The position numbers and the translations under genes are program-made. DNA of 64,000 bases. It comes from Eledone cirrhosa (Eukaryota). Each line of letters begins with the position of its first letter. Position 1 is the stretch's first letter. Shown here piece after piece: positions 15,001-26,400 of the stretch. The notes beneath the pieces were generated by a model. That model had not been told where the DNA came from, searched no databases, and saw only the letters and a program-made list of their open reading frames with translations. The stretch is taken from assembly GCA_964016885.1 (NCBI GenBank), contig OZ024741.1:278690001-278754000 (forward strand), written 5' to 3'.

Positions 15001-18000
15001 TGTGACTGCATCATATGGACAGTGATGGCAGAGAACATGTGTTGGCTGGACTGTGACTGCATCACATGGACAGTGATGGCAGAGAACATGCGTTGGCTGG
15101 ACTGTGGCTGCATCATATGGACAGTGATGGCAGAGTACATGTGTTGGCTGGACTGTGACTGCTTCATATGGACAGTGATGGCAGAGAACATGTGTTGTCT
15201 GGACTGTGACTGTATCACATGGATAGTGATGGCAGAGAACATGTGTTGGCTGGACTGTGACTGCATCATATGGACAGTGATGGCAGAGAACATGTGTTGG
15301 CTGGACTGTGACTGCATCATATGGACAGTGATGGCAGAGAACATGTGTTGGCTGGACTGTGACTGCATCATATGGACAGTGATGGCAGAGAACATGTGTT
15401 GGCTGGACTGTGACTGCATCATATGGACTGTGATGGCAGAGAACATGTGTTGGCTGGACTGTGACTGCATCACATGGACAGTGATGGCAGAGAACATGTG
15501 TTGGCTGGACTGTGACTGCATCACATGAACAGTGATGGCAGAGAACATGAGCTGGCTGGACTGTGACTGCATCATATGGACAGTGATAGCAGAGAACATG
15601 TGTTGGCTGGACTGTGATTGCATCACATGGACAGTGATGGCAGAGGACATGTGTTGGCTGGACTGTGACTGCATCACATGGACAGTGATGGCAGAGAACA
15701 TGTGTTGGCTGGACTGTGACTGCATCATATGGACAGTGATGGCAGAGAACATGTGTTGGCTGGACTGTGACTGCATCATATGGATAGTGATGGCAGAGAA
15801 CATGTGTTGGCTGGACTGTGACTGCATCACATGGTCAGTGATGGCAGAGAACATGTGTTGGCTGGACTGTGACTGCATCATATGGACAGTGATGGCAGAG
15901 AACATGTGTTGGCTGGACTGTGACTGCATCACATGGTCAGTGATGGCAGAGAACATGTGTTGGCTAGACTGTGGCTGCATCACATGGTCAGTGATGGCAG
16001 AGAACATGTGCTGGCTGGACTGTGACTGCATCATATGGACAGTGATGGCAGAGAACATGTGTTTGCTGGACTGTGACTGCATCATATGGACAGTGATGGC
16101 AGAGAACATGTGTTGGCTGGACTGTGACTGCATCACATGGTCAGTGATGGCAGAGAACATGTGCTGGCTGGACTGTGACTGCATCACATGGACAGTGATG
16201 GCAGAGAACATGTGTTGGCTGGACTGTGACTGCATCATATGGACAGTGATGGCAGAGAACATGTGTTGGCTGGACTGTGACTGCATCATATGGATAGTGA
16301 TGGCAGAGAACATGTGTTGGCTGGACTGTGACTGCATCACATGGTCAGTGATGGCAGAGAACATGTGTTGGCTGGACTGTGACTGCATCATATGGACAGT
16401 GATGGCAGAGAACATGTGTTGGCTGGACTGTGACTGCATCACATGGTCAGTGATGGCAGAGAACATGTGTTGGCTAGACTGTGGCTGCATCACATGGTCA
16501 GTGATGGCAGAGAACATGTGCTGGCTGGACTGTGACTGCATCATATGGACAGTGATGGCAGAGAACATGTGTTTGCTGGACTGTGACTGCATCATATGGA
16601 CAGTGATGGCAGAGAACATGTGTTGGCTGGACTGTGACTGCATCACATGGTCAGTGATGGCAGAGAACATGTGCTGGCTGGACTGTGACTGCATCACATG
16701 GACAGTGATGGCAGAGAACATGTGTTGGCTGGACTGTGACTGCATCATATGGACAGTGATGGCAGAGAACATGTGTTGGCTGGACTGTGACTGCATCACA
16801 TGGTCAGTGATGGCAGAGAACATGTGTTGGCTGGACTGTGACTGCATCACATGGTCAGTGATGGCAGAGAACATGTGTTGGCTAGACTGTGGCTGCATCA
16901 CATGGTCAGTGATGGCAGAGAACATGTGCTTGCTGGACTGTGACTGCATCATATGGACAGTGATGGAAGAGAACATGTGTTGGCTGGACTGTGACTGCAT
17001 CATATGGACAGTGATGGCAGAGAACATGTGTTGGCTGGACTGTGACTGCATCACATGGTCACTGATGGCAGAGAACATGTGCTGGCTGGTCTGTGACTGC
17101 ATCACATGGACAGTGATGGCAGAGAACATGTGTTGGCTGGACTGTGACTGCATCATATGGACAGTGATGGCAAAGAACATGTGTTGGCTGGACTGTGACT
17201 GCATCATATGTATAGTGATGGCAGAGAACATGTGTTGGCTGGACTGTGACTGCATCACATGGTCAGTGATGGCAGAGAACATGTGTTGGCTGGACTGTGA
17301 CTGCATCATATGGACAGTGATGGCAGAGAACATGTGTTGGCTGGACTGTGACTGCATCACATGGTCAGTGATGGCAGAGAACATGTGTTGGCTAGACTGT
17401 GGCTGCATCACATGGTCAGTGATGGCAGAGAACATGTGCTGGCTGGACTGTGACTGCATCATATGGACAGTGATGGCAGAGAACATGTGTTGGCTGGACT
17501 GTGACTGCATCATATGGACAGTGATGGCAGAGAACATGTGTTGGCTGGACTGTGACTGCATCACATGGACAGTGATGGCAGAGAACATGTGTTGGCTGGA
17601 CTGTGACTGCATCACATGGACAGTGATGGCAGAGAACATGTGTTGGCTGGACTGTGGCTGCATCATATGGACAGTGATGGCAGAGAACATGTGTTGGCTG
17701 GACTGTGACTGCATCATATGGACAGTGATGGCAGAGAACATGTGTTGGCTGGACTGTGACTGCATCACATGGTCAGTGATGGCAGAGAACATGTGCTGGC
17801 TGGACTGTGACTGCATCACATGGACAGTGATGGCAGAGAACATGTGTTGGCTGGACTGTGACTGCATCATATGGACAGTGATGGCAGAGAACATGTGTTG
17901 GCTGGACTGTGACTGCATCACATGGTCAGTGATGGCAGAGAACATGTGCTGGCTGGACTGTGACTGCATCACATGGACAGTGATGGCAGAGAACATGTGT

Positions 18001-18148
18001 TGGCTGGACTGTGACTGCATCATATGGACAGTGATGGCAGAGAACATGTGTTGGCTGGACTGTGACTGCATCAGATGGTCAGTGATGGCAGAGAACATGT
18101 GTTGGCTGGACTGTGACTGCATCATATGGACGGTGATGGCAGAGAACA
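1..18148. repeat. 51-bp tandem satellite, about 355 units, runs off the left edge of the window
   Basis: Unit gtgatggcagagaacatgtgttggctggactgtgactgcatca(t/c)atggaca is repeated continuously. The 17-codon period produces the long repetitive ORFs on both strands. Confidence 0.99.
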
Positions 18149-18250
18149 AGCTAACCTCGGTAGGATTTGAACTCAGAATGTAAAGGGCCGTAACTATATG
18201 ATGCAAAGCATGTTGTCCAGCTCTCTACCAATTCTGCCAATCCATCACCC
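18148..18250 (-). mobile_element. tRNA-derived SINE, 5' half, abutting the satellite
   Basis: Minus strand has A box TGGCAGAATTGG (18228-18239) and B box GAGTTCAAATCC (18163-18174). Homologous to the SINE at 55520-55708. Confidence 0.85.
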
Positions 18251-18579
18251 TAATAAAAATGATAATAATAATAATAATAATATTAATAAATAAAATGTAC
18301 AATAAATATGTTTTGATCAACTTAAATTAGTTTTAGGATTTTAATTTAAGAAAAACTAAGATGATTTTCCCATGCTTTCTACAATACCAACAAAGCTAAA
18401 TGTTGCTTATATTTAGGGAACAATTCTTTTTGTGAGTAAATGTCATTCTTTTTTTCTTATTTAAATGATCAACACAATCCTAGACCTCATTTGCTTACTG
18501 AGTGGGATGGAACTCATCAAATTGGCCAAGGAAAAATGTTACAATTGCTAACACTATCTACTGATTGTAACTTCTGGCA

Positions 18580-18695
18580 GAAAGAACAATGTGCAATAAA
18601 GTGGCTTGCTCAAGGACATAATACATCACCTAGTCCGGGAATCAAATTTGCAACCTCACAATTATGAATCCAATTCTCTAACCACTAAGCCATGC
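18580..18695 (-). mobile_element. second tRNA-type SINE family, degenerate copy
   Basis: gaacaatgtgcaataaagtggcttgctcaaggacat...ctaaccactaagcc is homologous to 42370-42502. Boundaries approximate. Confidence 0.65.
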
Positions 18696-18850
18696 AACTT
18701 TACAAACGTCATTCTTAATAGCAATTATTTCTGAACTATTCAGTTGTGAGAGAAGCTTTTTTAGTTTTAATTCTTTAGATTCTTTGTTATGGTTTAGTAT
18801 TTGAGTGGTGAATGTCATGTTATGGGATAAGGTAGGCCTATGAAAGTTAA

Positions 18851-19058
18851 CCCTTTAGCATTCAAATCAGCCGTATCTGGTCAGAATTCTCTCACCTCTT
18901 TCAGTTCAAACCAGCTGTAACTGGCTACTCATACTGATGTTAAGGTATTGTTCTCAAAATAAATAATATCAAAATCTCATAGATTTGATATTATGTGAGA
19001 TAAAGTGTTTACCATGAAAACACAATAGTATATATAGAGTAAATATAGAGCTGAAGGG
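18851..19058. mobile_element. piggyBac-type MITE
   Basis: TTAA|CCCTTTAGC ... GCTGAAGGG|TTAA: inverted termini starting with CCC, with TTAA on both sides and no ORF. Confidence 0.75.
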
Positions 19059-19404
19059 TTAAATGTGATATTATGTGAACAGGTTTTGGTGCTTGGTGGT
19101 GGTAGGAAATAGGGAGTTTCAGAATATTCTGGGTGGGCACTCATTTGCAATAAATCTAAGACAGAGTTTTGAAATAAGCATATCACCATAACATTTTCTA
19201 AATCTGAAGGTGCAACACTGGAAACAATATGTGTGTGTGTGTGTGTGGTGGTGGTGGTGTGTGGGTGTCTCTGTGCTATCTAGTACTCCCCCCTCCAAAT
19301 AAGTTCTGGATGAGATGAGCCAACAAACTAGTTTTAATTCATTCTTCTAGTTACTTTACTTCATTCATCACATCACAATAAATCTGGGGGATAGACAGTG
19401 AATT

Positions 19405-19495
19405 AGTAGTCTGAGTTTGAATCCCACCAAGATCAACTTTGCCATTCATCCTTTCGAGGTCGATAAAACAAATACTAGTTTAGTACTGGTGTTGA
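19405..19495 (+). mobile_element. SINE fragment (B box and body)
   Basis: ctgagtttgaatcccaccaagatcaactttgccattcatcctttcgaggtcgataaaa matches the family at 55520. Confidence 0.75.
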
Positions 19496-20447
19496 TTCTT
19501 CCTCTATATCACTTACTTAGTTCTTCTCTGAGTTCAGATGTGAAGACATGATGGGCTCTGCCGGGTTTAAAAGTGCCCAAGACATGGTGTATTCTCTTTA
19601 AATCTGAGGCAGTGTATCATTGTCAGAAACTAATATTTGGCTTTTCTTATTTGCTAGATGTTGACATGTGAAATGGTCCTGATGTGCTGCTGTAAAAATA
19701 TCATACTATTCTTATGATTACCATAATCCAATCTATATTGGATCTAATCTTCATCTTGATTTTTTTTCCTTTTTTCTTACAAAAACGTCATCTTTGTTAG
19801 ATAAGAACTTGTGTAAAGTTTTGTTCAGAAACGATATCTATTCCATTTATACTCATTAAATGAAAAGGCAACTGAGAAATCATTCTTATCTCTGTTTTCA
19901 TTCTTTTTATCTATCATGATTTAGTCTAGAATTGAGACTTCAAAGTGTCTTTGAGCTGATGCAAAATAATCGAAGATTGTACTTCAAAGTTTTATTAATA
20001 TCCAAAATAAATAAATGAACTTGTGTGTTCTTTGATGTTTTAAACTAATCTCACAATGAATTTGTTAATTGGGTCTTTCTCTTTCATTTGAGTTCCACTT
20101 GAAAGATAGATACTTTGTGCTCTAAAGATATATGTGTAGGTTGAAAACTTATGTACCAGAGCCAGCATAATCTCTGATGAACTCTGATGAACAGCACAGG
20201 ATTTAATATTATATGAAAAAAATTGTAGTTTGGACATCCTGATATACTCTTGGGTCCTGAATAATCATCCCCTCCCCCTGCTTATTCATTTTTCAGATTT
20301 TTTCTAACACTGCCCCTTTCTCTGCTTATTAAATTTAACTATCTTCGACAACATTTTAATTTATGTGGTAGCATTCCTTCGACATTTAATTTTTTTTAGA
20401 TATTAAAAAAAACATTATACATGACAAAAAAAGATCATTACAAGAAT

Positions 20448-20900
20448 CTCTCTATATATAAAATTCTTAGTCTCTCTGTCTGTTTCCTTATGCACTCCCA
20501 AACGGCTTGACCAAATCAAATTTTACAAGGTAATAGTATGAGACCCCTAATTAAAAAGAAAATCGAAGGAGACAACGTAGAAAAATTATCAATCCTTCCC
20601 ACCTATTATTTGAGACCCAAAAGTAACAGTGTTGATTTTTGTCAGTCATCGATGGTTTGATGAGTTTTGATTTCCGGACATAGCTTTGAATAATGTTCTT
20701 TTGAAAATAGAAGAAATGTCATTGTAATACTGGACATACAGTTAGCCACTGCCTCTTTCAAAGTAGAGTGAAAAGATTTAAAGAAATGTTATCTCAAAAC
20801 TGGACATAGCAGTATGTAATTTTTGTTTGAAAATAGAATGAAATGATTTGAAAAAACGTTATTGTAATACTGGACGTGCAAGATTTGAAGAAACAATATC
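20448..20900 (+). mobile_element. possible non-autonomous Helitron/Helentron-like fragment
   Basis: Begins tctctatatataaaa...ctgtctg...cccaaacggcttgacc, resembling Lep1/DINE-type 5' ends, with internal degenerate repeats (gtaatactggac). No 3' end identified. Confidence 0.3.
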
Positions 20901-21246
20901 TAAAAACTGAGGTGTTCAGTTAGAGAGAATACCTTGATGTCTGGCAGAGGCATCCTTAGAGATGGACAGGTGGACGGGTTCTCACCCAACTCTCACTTCT
21001 GGCTCTGGGATATTTCTTAACCACACCCCAATAACAATTTAATCTAATAACAAATGTTTTGATAATCCAAAACTGTGAAAGCAGGCTTTGCTAACATCAA
21101 TTTTTAAGATCAAACTTTGTACATGTTTTAAAGAACCTTTACATATATACTACGTGCACTTTTCAAACCATTTAAAAAAATCTTTCTCATTATATTATAT
21201 ATATATTATATATATATTATGTATATTATATATATTATATATACGT

Positions 21247-21500
21247 ATCATCATCATCATCATCATCATTATCATCGTTTAACGTCCATCTTCCACGCTA
21301 GCATGGGTTAGACGGTTTTGTTCCATTTGATGCGGGATTGATCAGGAGACCGTGTCTCGCTCGTATAGAACTGTATCTAGCAGGTTTTCTACAGCTGGAT
21401 GCCCTTCCTAACACCAACCACCTTTACTGTGCGGACTGGGAGCCTTTTTACCGTGTCTCCTACACGACCACCTTACAGTGTAGATTGGATGCTTTTTGTT
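21247..21500 (-). mobile_element. 5'-truncated RTE LINE 3' UTR with (TGA)n tail
   Basis: Reverse complement of about 26650-26893 (cttccacgctagcatgggttagacgg; ctacagctggatgcccttcctaacaccaacc), next to (atc)n. Confidence 0.85.
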
Positions 21501-21795
21501 GTGTAATCGACACAGTGGATGGAAATGGGAGGATGGGGTAGAGTGTGTGGGTTGGGGTATACATTGGGTTAAGAGGTGCCTGCTGACTGTAGGTTTGTAT
21601 GCAATGGCAGTTGGGTCTTCTGTACAACTGCATGGCGCCAACATTTCTGTCTGAGGGTTTTATGCCAATGCATTGAAGCATTGAAAGTAGTAAGTAATTT
21701 TCAATATATATATATATGTGTATGTGTGTGTGTGTGTGTGTGTAGAAATATTCGTAGGCGTGACAAAGGAAAACAGGGAAGAGAGCTCATATATT

Positions 21796-22011
21796 ATTTA
21801 TTTATGTTCATACACGGAACAAAAGTGCTACCTAAGGTTTCAAGGTCCAATATTGACCATATATTCAGAATGTAAGAGGGATCAAAGAGTTTAAGCGTCT
21901 GGTCACAATTAGGTCAGAATTTTGATCCATCTTACATTCTGGAGATATCGTTAATATTGGGCCTTGAAACAATACGTAGCACTTTTGTTACGTGTATGAA
22001 CATAAATAAAT
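21796..22011. mobile_element. small palindrome of two head-to-head PLE-like 3' tails with degenerate HHR cores
   Basis: Inverted arms of about 95 bp. Outward-reading strand: CTGAATA...ggtcaatattggacc ttGAAA ccttagg TA. TA-rich right flank. Confidence 0.6.
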
Positions 22012-22058
22012 GATATAATAAAATATAGTATAATATAATATAATATATATATTATATA

Positions 22059-22092
<34 letters not shown>

Positions 22093-22099
<7 letters not shown>

Positions 22100-22773
22100 G
22101 TATACTTCAATCTGGCTAAATTTTTCTTTCACAATATATATACAGATGTGTTGGTATCTGTGTTTCATCACATACATATTGATTTATACACTGCTCAGGG
22201 GATATTTTTCCTCATTCGAGCTGATTCCATTGTAAAAGAATTCATTACCTTATTAATTTTAATCTGCTCCTAGTTTGAGCTGCAAAGCCGCCTCATATAC
22301 ACGACTGTTATTTCTAGCAGTACGGTTATGAGACTAGTTAGATACTGTAAAGCCATGTGCGCCACGCAGTCTTTTAAATTATTTAGAAGTGAAGCATATC
22401 AATTTGTCTCTGGATGTTTACTGAGGAGAGCGGGACATGATATTCCTACACTTATTTAACTCGAAACATATTTGGATCTTAAAGTCTAAACTTATCTACG
22501 GAACAGGTTTGATTTTGAAATTTAAATGTGTCTAAACATCACGGCCTTTTGCCAATACAGTTCGTCTCCGTTGATTTATTATTTTAAATTGATATGGACA
22601 AACTGTAGTATAATAATTAGTATACTTCAATCTGGCTAAATTTTTCTTTCACAATATATATACAGATGTGTTGGTATCTGTGTTTCATCACATACATATT
22701 AATTTATACACTGCTCAGGGGATATTTTTCCTCATTCGAGCTGATTCCATTGTAAAAGAATTCATTACCTTAT
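22093..22773 (+). mobile_element. non-coding partial-tandem element (520-bp period) with HHR-like core; retrozyme-like
   Basis: 22093-22253 equals 22613-22773 (one mismatch seen). CTGAGGA-gag...ctc-GAAA-catat at 22421-22471. (TA)n on both sides. Confidence 0.65.
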
Positions 22774-22958
22774 ATATATATATATATATATCTTTAAGGC
22801 TTACTACCCTGTCTTTAACCTAATTCATTCAATCTGAAAATATTGAAGAGATAAGACACTTTGCCATTCTTCTCTGCTAAAATGTACCACTAGAGCTGAT
22901 TCAAATTTTCCCAGCCAGCCATCCACCTAATCTACGAAGGTATTTTAGCCTACATATT

Positions 22959-23166
22959 GTCGTTAATATTATGATGTTCCCTGCTGTATTAGCGTTAAAT
23001 TTTCCCTGCTGTATTAGCGATAAATTTTCGAGGGTTTCTCTTAGTAGCTTTTTCATGTCGTTAATATTATGATGTTCCCTGCTGTATTAGCGTTAAATTT
23101 TCCCTGCTGTATTAGCGATAAATTTTCGAGGGTTTCTCTTAGTAGCTTTTTTCATGACGTTATTAT
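22959..23166. repeat. 98-bp tandem duplication upstream of the RTE ORF
   Basis: cgttaatattatgatgttccctgctg starts at both 22961 and 23059. Confidence 0.85.
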
Positions 23167-23470
23167 TGTTAATTTTACTGATGTAGTATTAACTTGGATA
23201 TTTACCATGCGACCCTCAGTTCCTACCTCACAATTTCCCTCCCCCCCACCCCCACACACCACCATAGTCTATTCGACCAATCAAACCTAGCATGCCATTT
23301 CCACTGCTGCTGCTGCTACTACCTGCCTAACTAACTCTCTCCTCCTCTGGCGCATCCCAACACACCCTGCCATTACCCCACCACCACTGTCCTTCTAGCC
23401 CTCAATTTTCCCACCGTTAGGGATGGATGAGCTGGGAATACACGAGCAACTCTGAATCAATAGATGAAAT

Positions 23471-26400
23471 ATGAATCTGCGAGCTACCAAGCACCCACGT
23501 GAAGCGCCAACCCAGAGACCCTCCCCTACGAGTGTCGACAAATGCCCAAAACTCCGAGTTGGTACCATCAATGTAGGCTCAATGAAAGGAAGAGCAGGAG
23601 AAATCGTAGAAATGCTAGAGCGAAAGGAAGTTGATGTATGCTGTGTGCAAGAGACTAGATGGAGAGGAGGGTCTGCTAGAGTCCTTGTAGGAAAAAGCCA
23701 GTGCTACAAATTTTTCTGGGTGGGAAATGACGATGGGATGGGTGGTGTAGGTATACTATTAGCTGACAAGTGGGTAGATAAAGTAATCTCAGTGTACAGG
23801 GTAAATGCAAGAATCATTAAACTCAGACTAGTCCTGAATAAGACAATTACCACAATAATATCAGCTTACGCACCCCAATCGGGGCTGCCAGACGAACTTA
23901 AGGATAGGTTTTACGAGTCCCTAATACACACTACTGCTCTAACAGACGACAAGGACTTCCTAATCATTGCAGGAGATTTTAACGGACACGTAGGTAAACA
24001 CTGCGACGGCTTCAATAGAGTACATGGAGGCCATGGAGTTGGCACAAGGAATGAGGAAGGATTCAGACTTCTAGAATTCTGCGACGCCAATGACATGTCG
24101 ATATGTAACACAAACTTTAAAAAACCCGACAACCACCTGATCACCTATAGATCAGGGGAGCACTCTAGTCAGTTAGATTTTATCCTCATCAGAGGACGTG
24201 ACAGATGGACGGTCGTAAACACAAAAGCCTTCCCTAGTGAGGAATGTACATCCCAACATAGCTTAGTTGTCAGCGACCTCACGGTCAGAACTAGACGAGC
24301 CCTGAAACAGAGGCCAACCTGGAGAAGAAAGATCTGGAAGCTGAAAGTCCCCTCAACCAGTAACAGATTTAAAGATATTTTACTCAACGCCTACGACAGT
24401 AAAGAAGAACAGATAGAGACATTTAACGTAGAAGAGAACTGGGAGTTCCTAAAAAATAACTTACTAGAGGCGACGGATGAGGTTTGTGGCTGGAGTAAGA
24501 CCTCAAGCAGGAGGAGAGTGACTTGGTGGTGGAACAATAAGGTAGATGAAGCAGTCAAGGCCAAGAGACAGGCATGGAAAGAATGGAAGAACGGGGGGAG
24601 CAGGGTACATTACATAGAGACCAAGAGGGAAGCTAGGCGACAAGTATACTTAGCTAGGAGGGAAGCAGAGGATAGAAAATTCAAGCATGTTTTACAACGT
24701 GAGGACCAGAAACAGGAGGTATTCAAGATTGCGAGGCAGTGTGTCAGAGATAGTTGTGATGTCATTGGAGAGAAGTGTATCCGGAATGATAAAGGTGAGC
24801 TTGCCCTCACAAGTGCTGAGAAGAAAGATGCATGGAAGAGTCATTATGATAGATTACTAAATGAGGAGAATGCATGGGAAGAAGAGACCCTACCCCACGT
24901 AGACCCTATAGAGGGACCAGCAGTACAAGTCAGCGGCAGCGTAGTAAGTAAGGCAATCAGAGATATGAAGATAGGGAAGGCAACCGGTCCATCGGGTATA
25001 GCTGCCGAGATGCTGAAGGCATCTGGGTCTGTAGGTCACACTATAACCACACGTATCGTTAACCAGGTAATACTAGAGGGGGCCATACCAAAAGATTGGT
25101 GCAGTAGCATCATTGTCAACTGCTACAAAGGTAAAGGCGATGCACTAGATAGAGGAAACTATAGAGGTATAAAGTTGATGGACCAGGTCATGAAAGTAAC
25201 AGAAAGAGTTATAGCACAGCTGATTAGGGACCGGGTGAATATAGACGAGATGCAATTTGGGTTTGTTCCAGGGAAAGGCACCACTGATGCGCTCTTCCTT
25301 GTGAGGCAATTACAGGAAAAGTACCTAGCTAAAAGTAAGCCACTCTACTTGGCATTTGTCGACCTTGAGAAAGCCTTTGACAGAGTTCCACGTGCAGTAA
25401 TCTGGTGGGCTCTTAGAAAACTAGGAGTAGATGAATGGCTTGTGAAAGCGGTACAAGCCATGTATAGGGGAGCAGTCAGCAAAGTTAGGATTGGCAATGA
25501 GTATAGCGAGGAATTTAGCGTACAGGTTGGGGTCCACCAGGGCTCTGTTCTTAGCCCTCTCCTGTTCATCATAGTCCTGCAGGCAATAACGGAGGAGTTT
25601 AAGACCGGATGCCCATGGGAACTCCTGTATGCTGATGACCTCGCACTCATAGCTGAATCTATGGTAGAACTAGAGAATAAATTCCAAACCTGGAAGCAGG
25701 GACTAGAGAGAAAGGGCCTCAAAGTCAACATGACAAAGACTAAGGTCCTTATAAGTAGACGAGAAAACAGAACCCAAATCCCCTCAGGGAAATGGCCTTG
25801 CTCAGTATGTAGGAAAGGTGTAGGTAGGAACTCCATTCTTTGCCCCAAATGCAAACAATGGGTACACAAGAGATGTAGCGGGATCTCAGGAAGCTTAATT
25901 AAGAATGTAGGATTCACATGCAGCAGCTGTGCTGAAACAGCAAGCAAACAGCCACAGGAAACAAGTACCACCAATCTCTGGGAGGGCCCTGTAGAAACAG
26001 TAGACAGCTTCTGCTACCTAGGTGACCGAATTAGCAACGGAGGTGGGTGCTCAGAAAGTACAATAACTAGGGTAAGAACGGGATGGAAGAAGTTTAGGGA
26101 ACTACTACCACTGCTAGCTGCAAAAGGCTTCTCCCTCAGAATGAAAGGCAGACTGTATGATGCGTGTATCCGAACAGCGATGTTGCATGGTAGTGAGACC
26201 TGGGCGCTGAAGGTGGAAGACTTACGTAGATTAGAGAGAAACGAAGCCTGCATGCTCCGATGGATGTGTAACAGTAATATACGTGAACGACAAAGCATAA
26301 ATGAATTGAGAGAGAGACTGAGCATAAGAGGAATCAAATGCTGCGTGCAGGAGAGGCGGTTACGCTGGTATGGACATGTGATGCGTATGAAGGATGACAG

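Noticed and set aside
1-18148. CRISPR array
   Set aside because: Units are contiguous with no unique spacers, and the context is eukaryotic.
29-18183. Cys/Trp-rich (MAENMCWLDCDCIIWTV)n ORFs as a real gene
   Set aside because: They follow from a 51-bp unit lacking stops. Stops and frameshifts are scattered through the array and there is no unique domain.
19517-19690. Possible minus-strand exon (ttttacag ... gtaagt)
   Set aside because: All three frames contain stops over the full interval and there is no recognisable protein. It would need RNA evidence.
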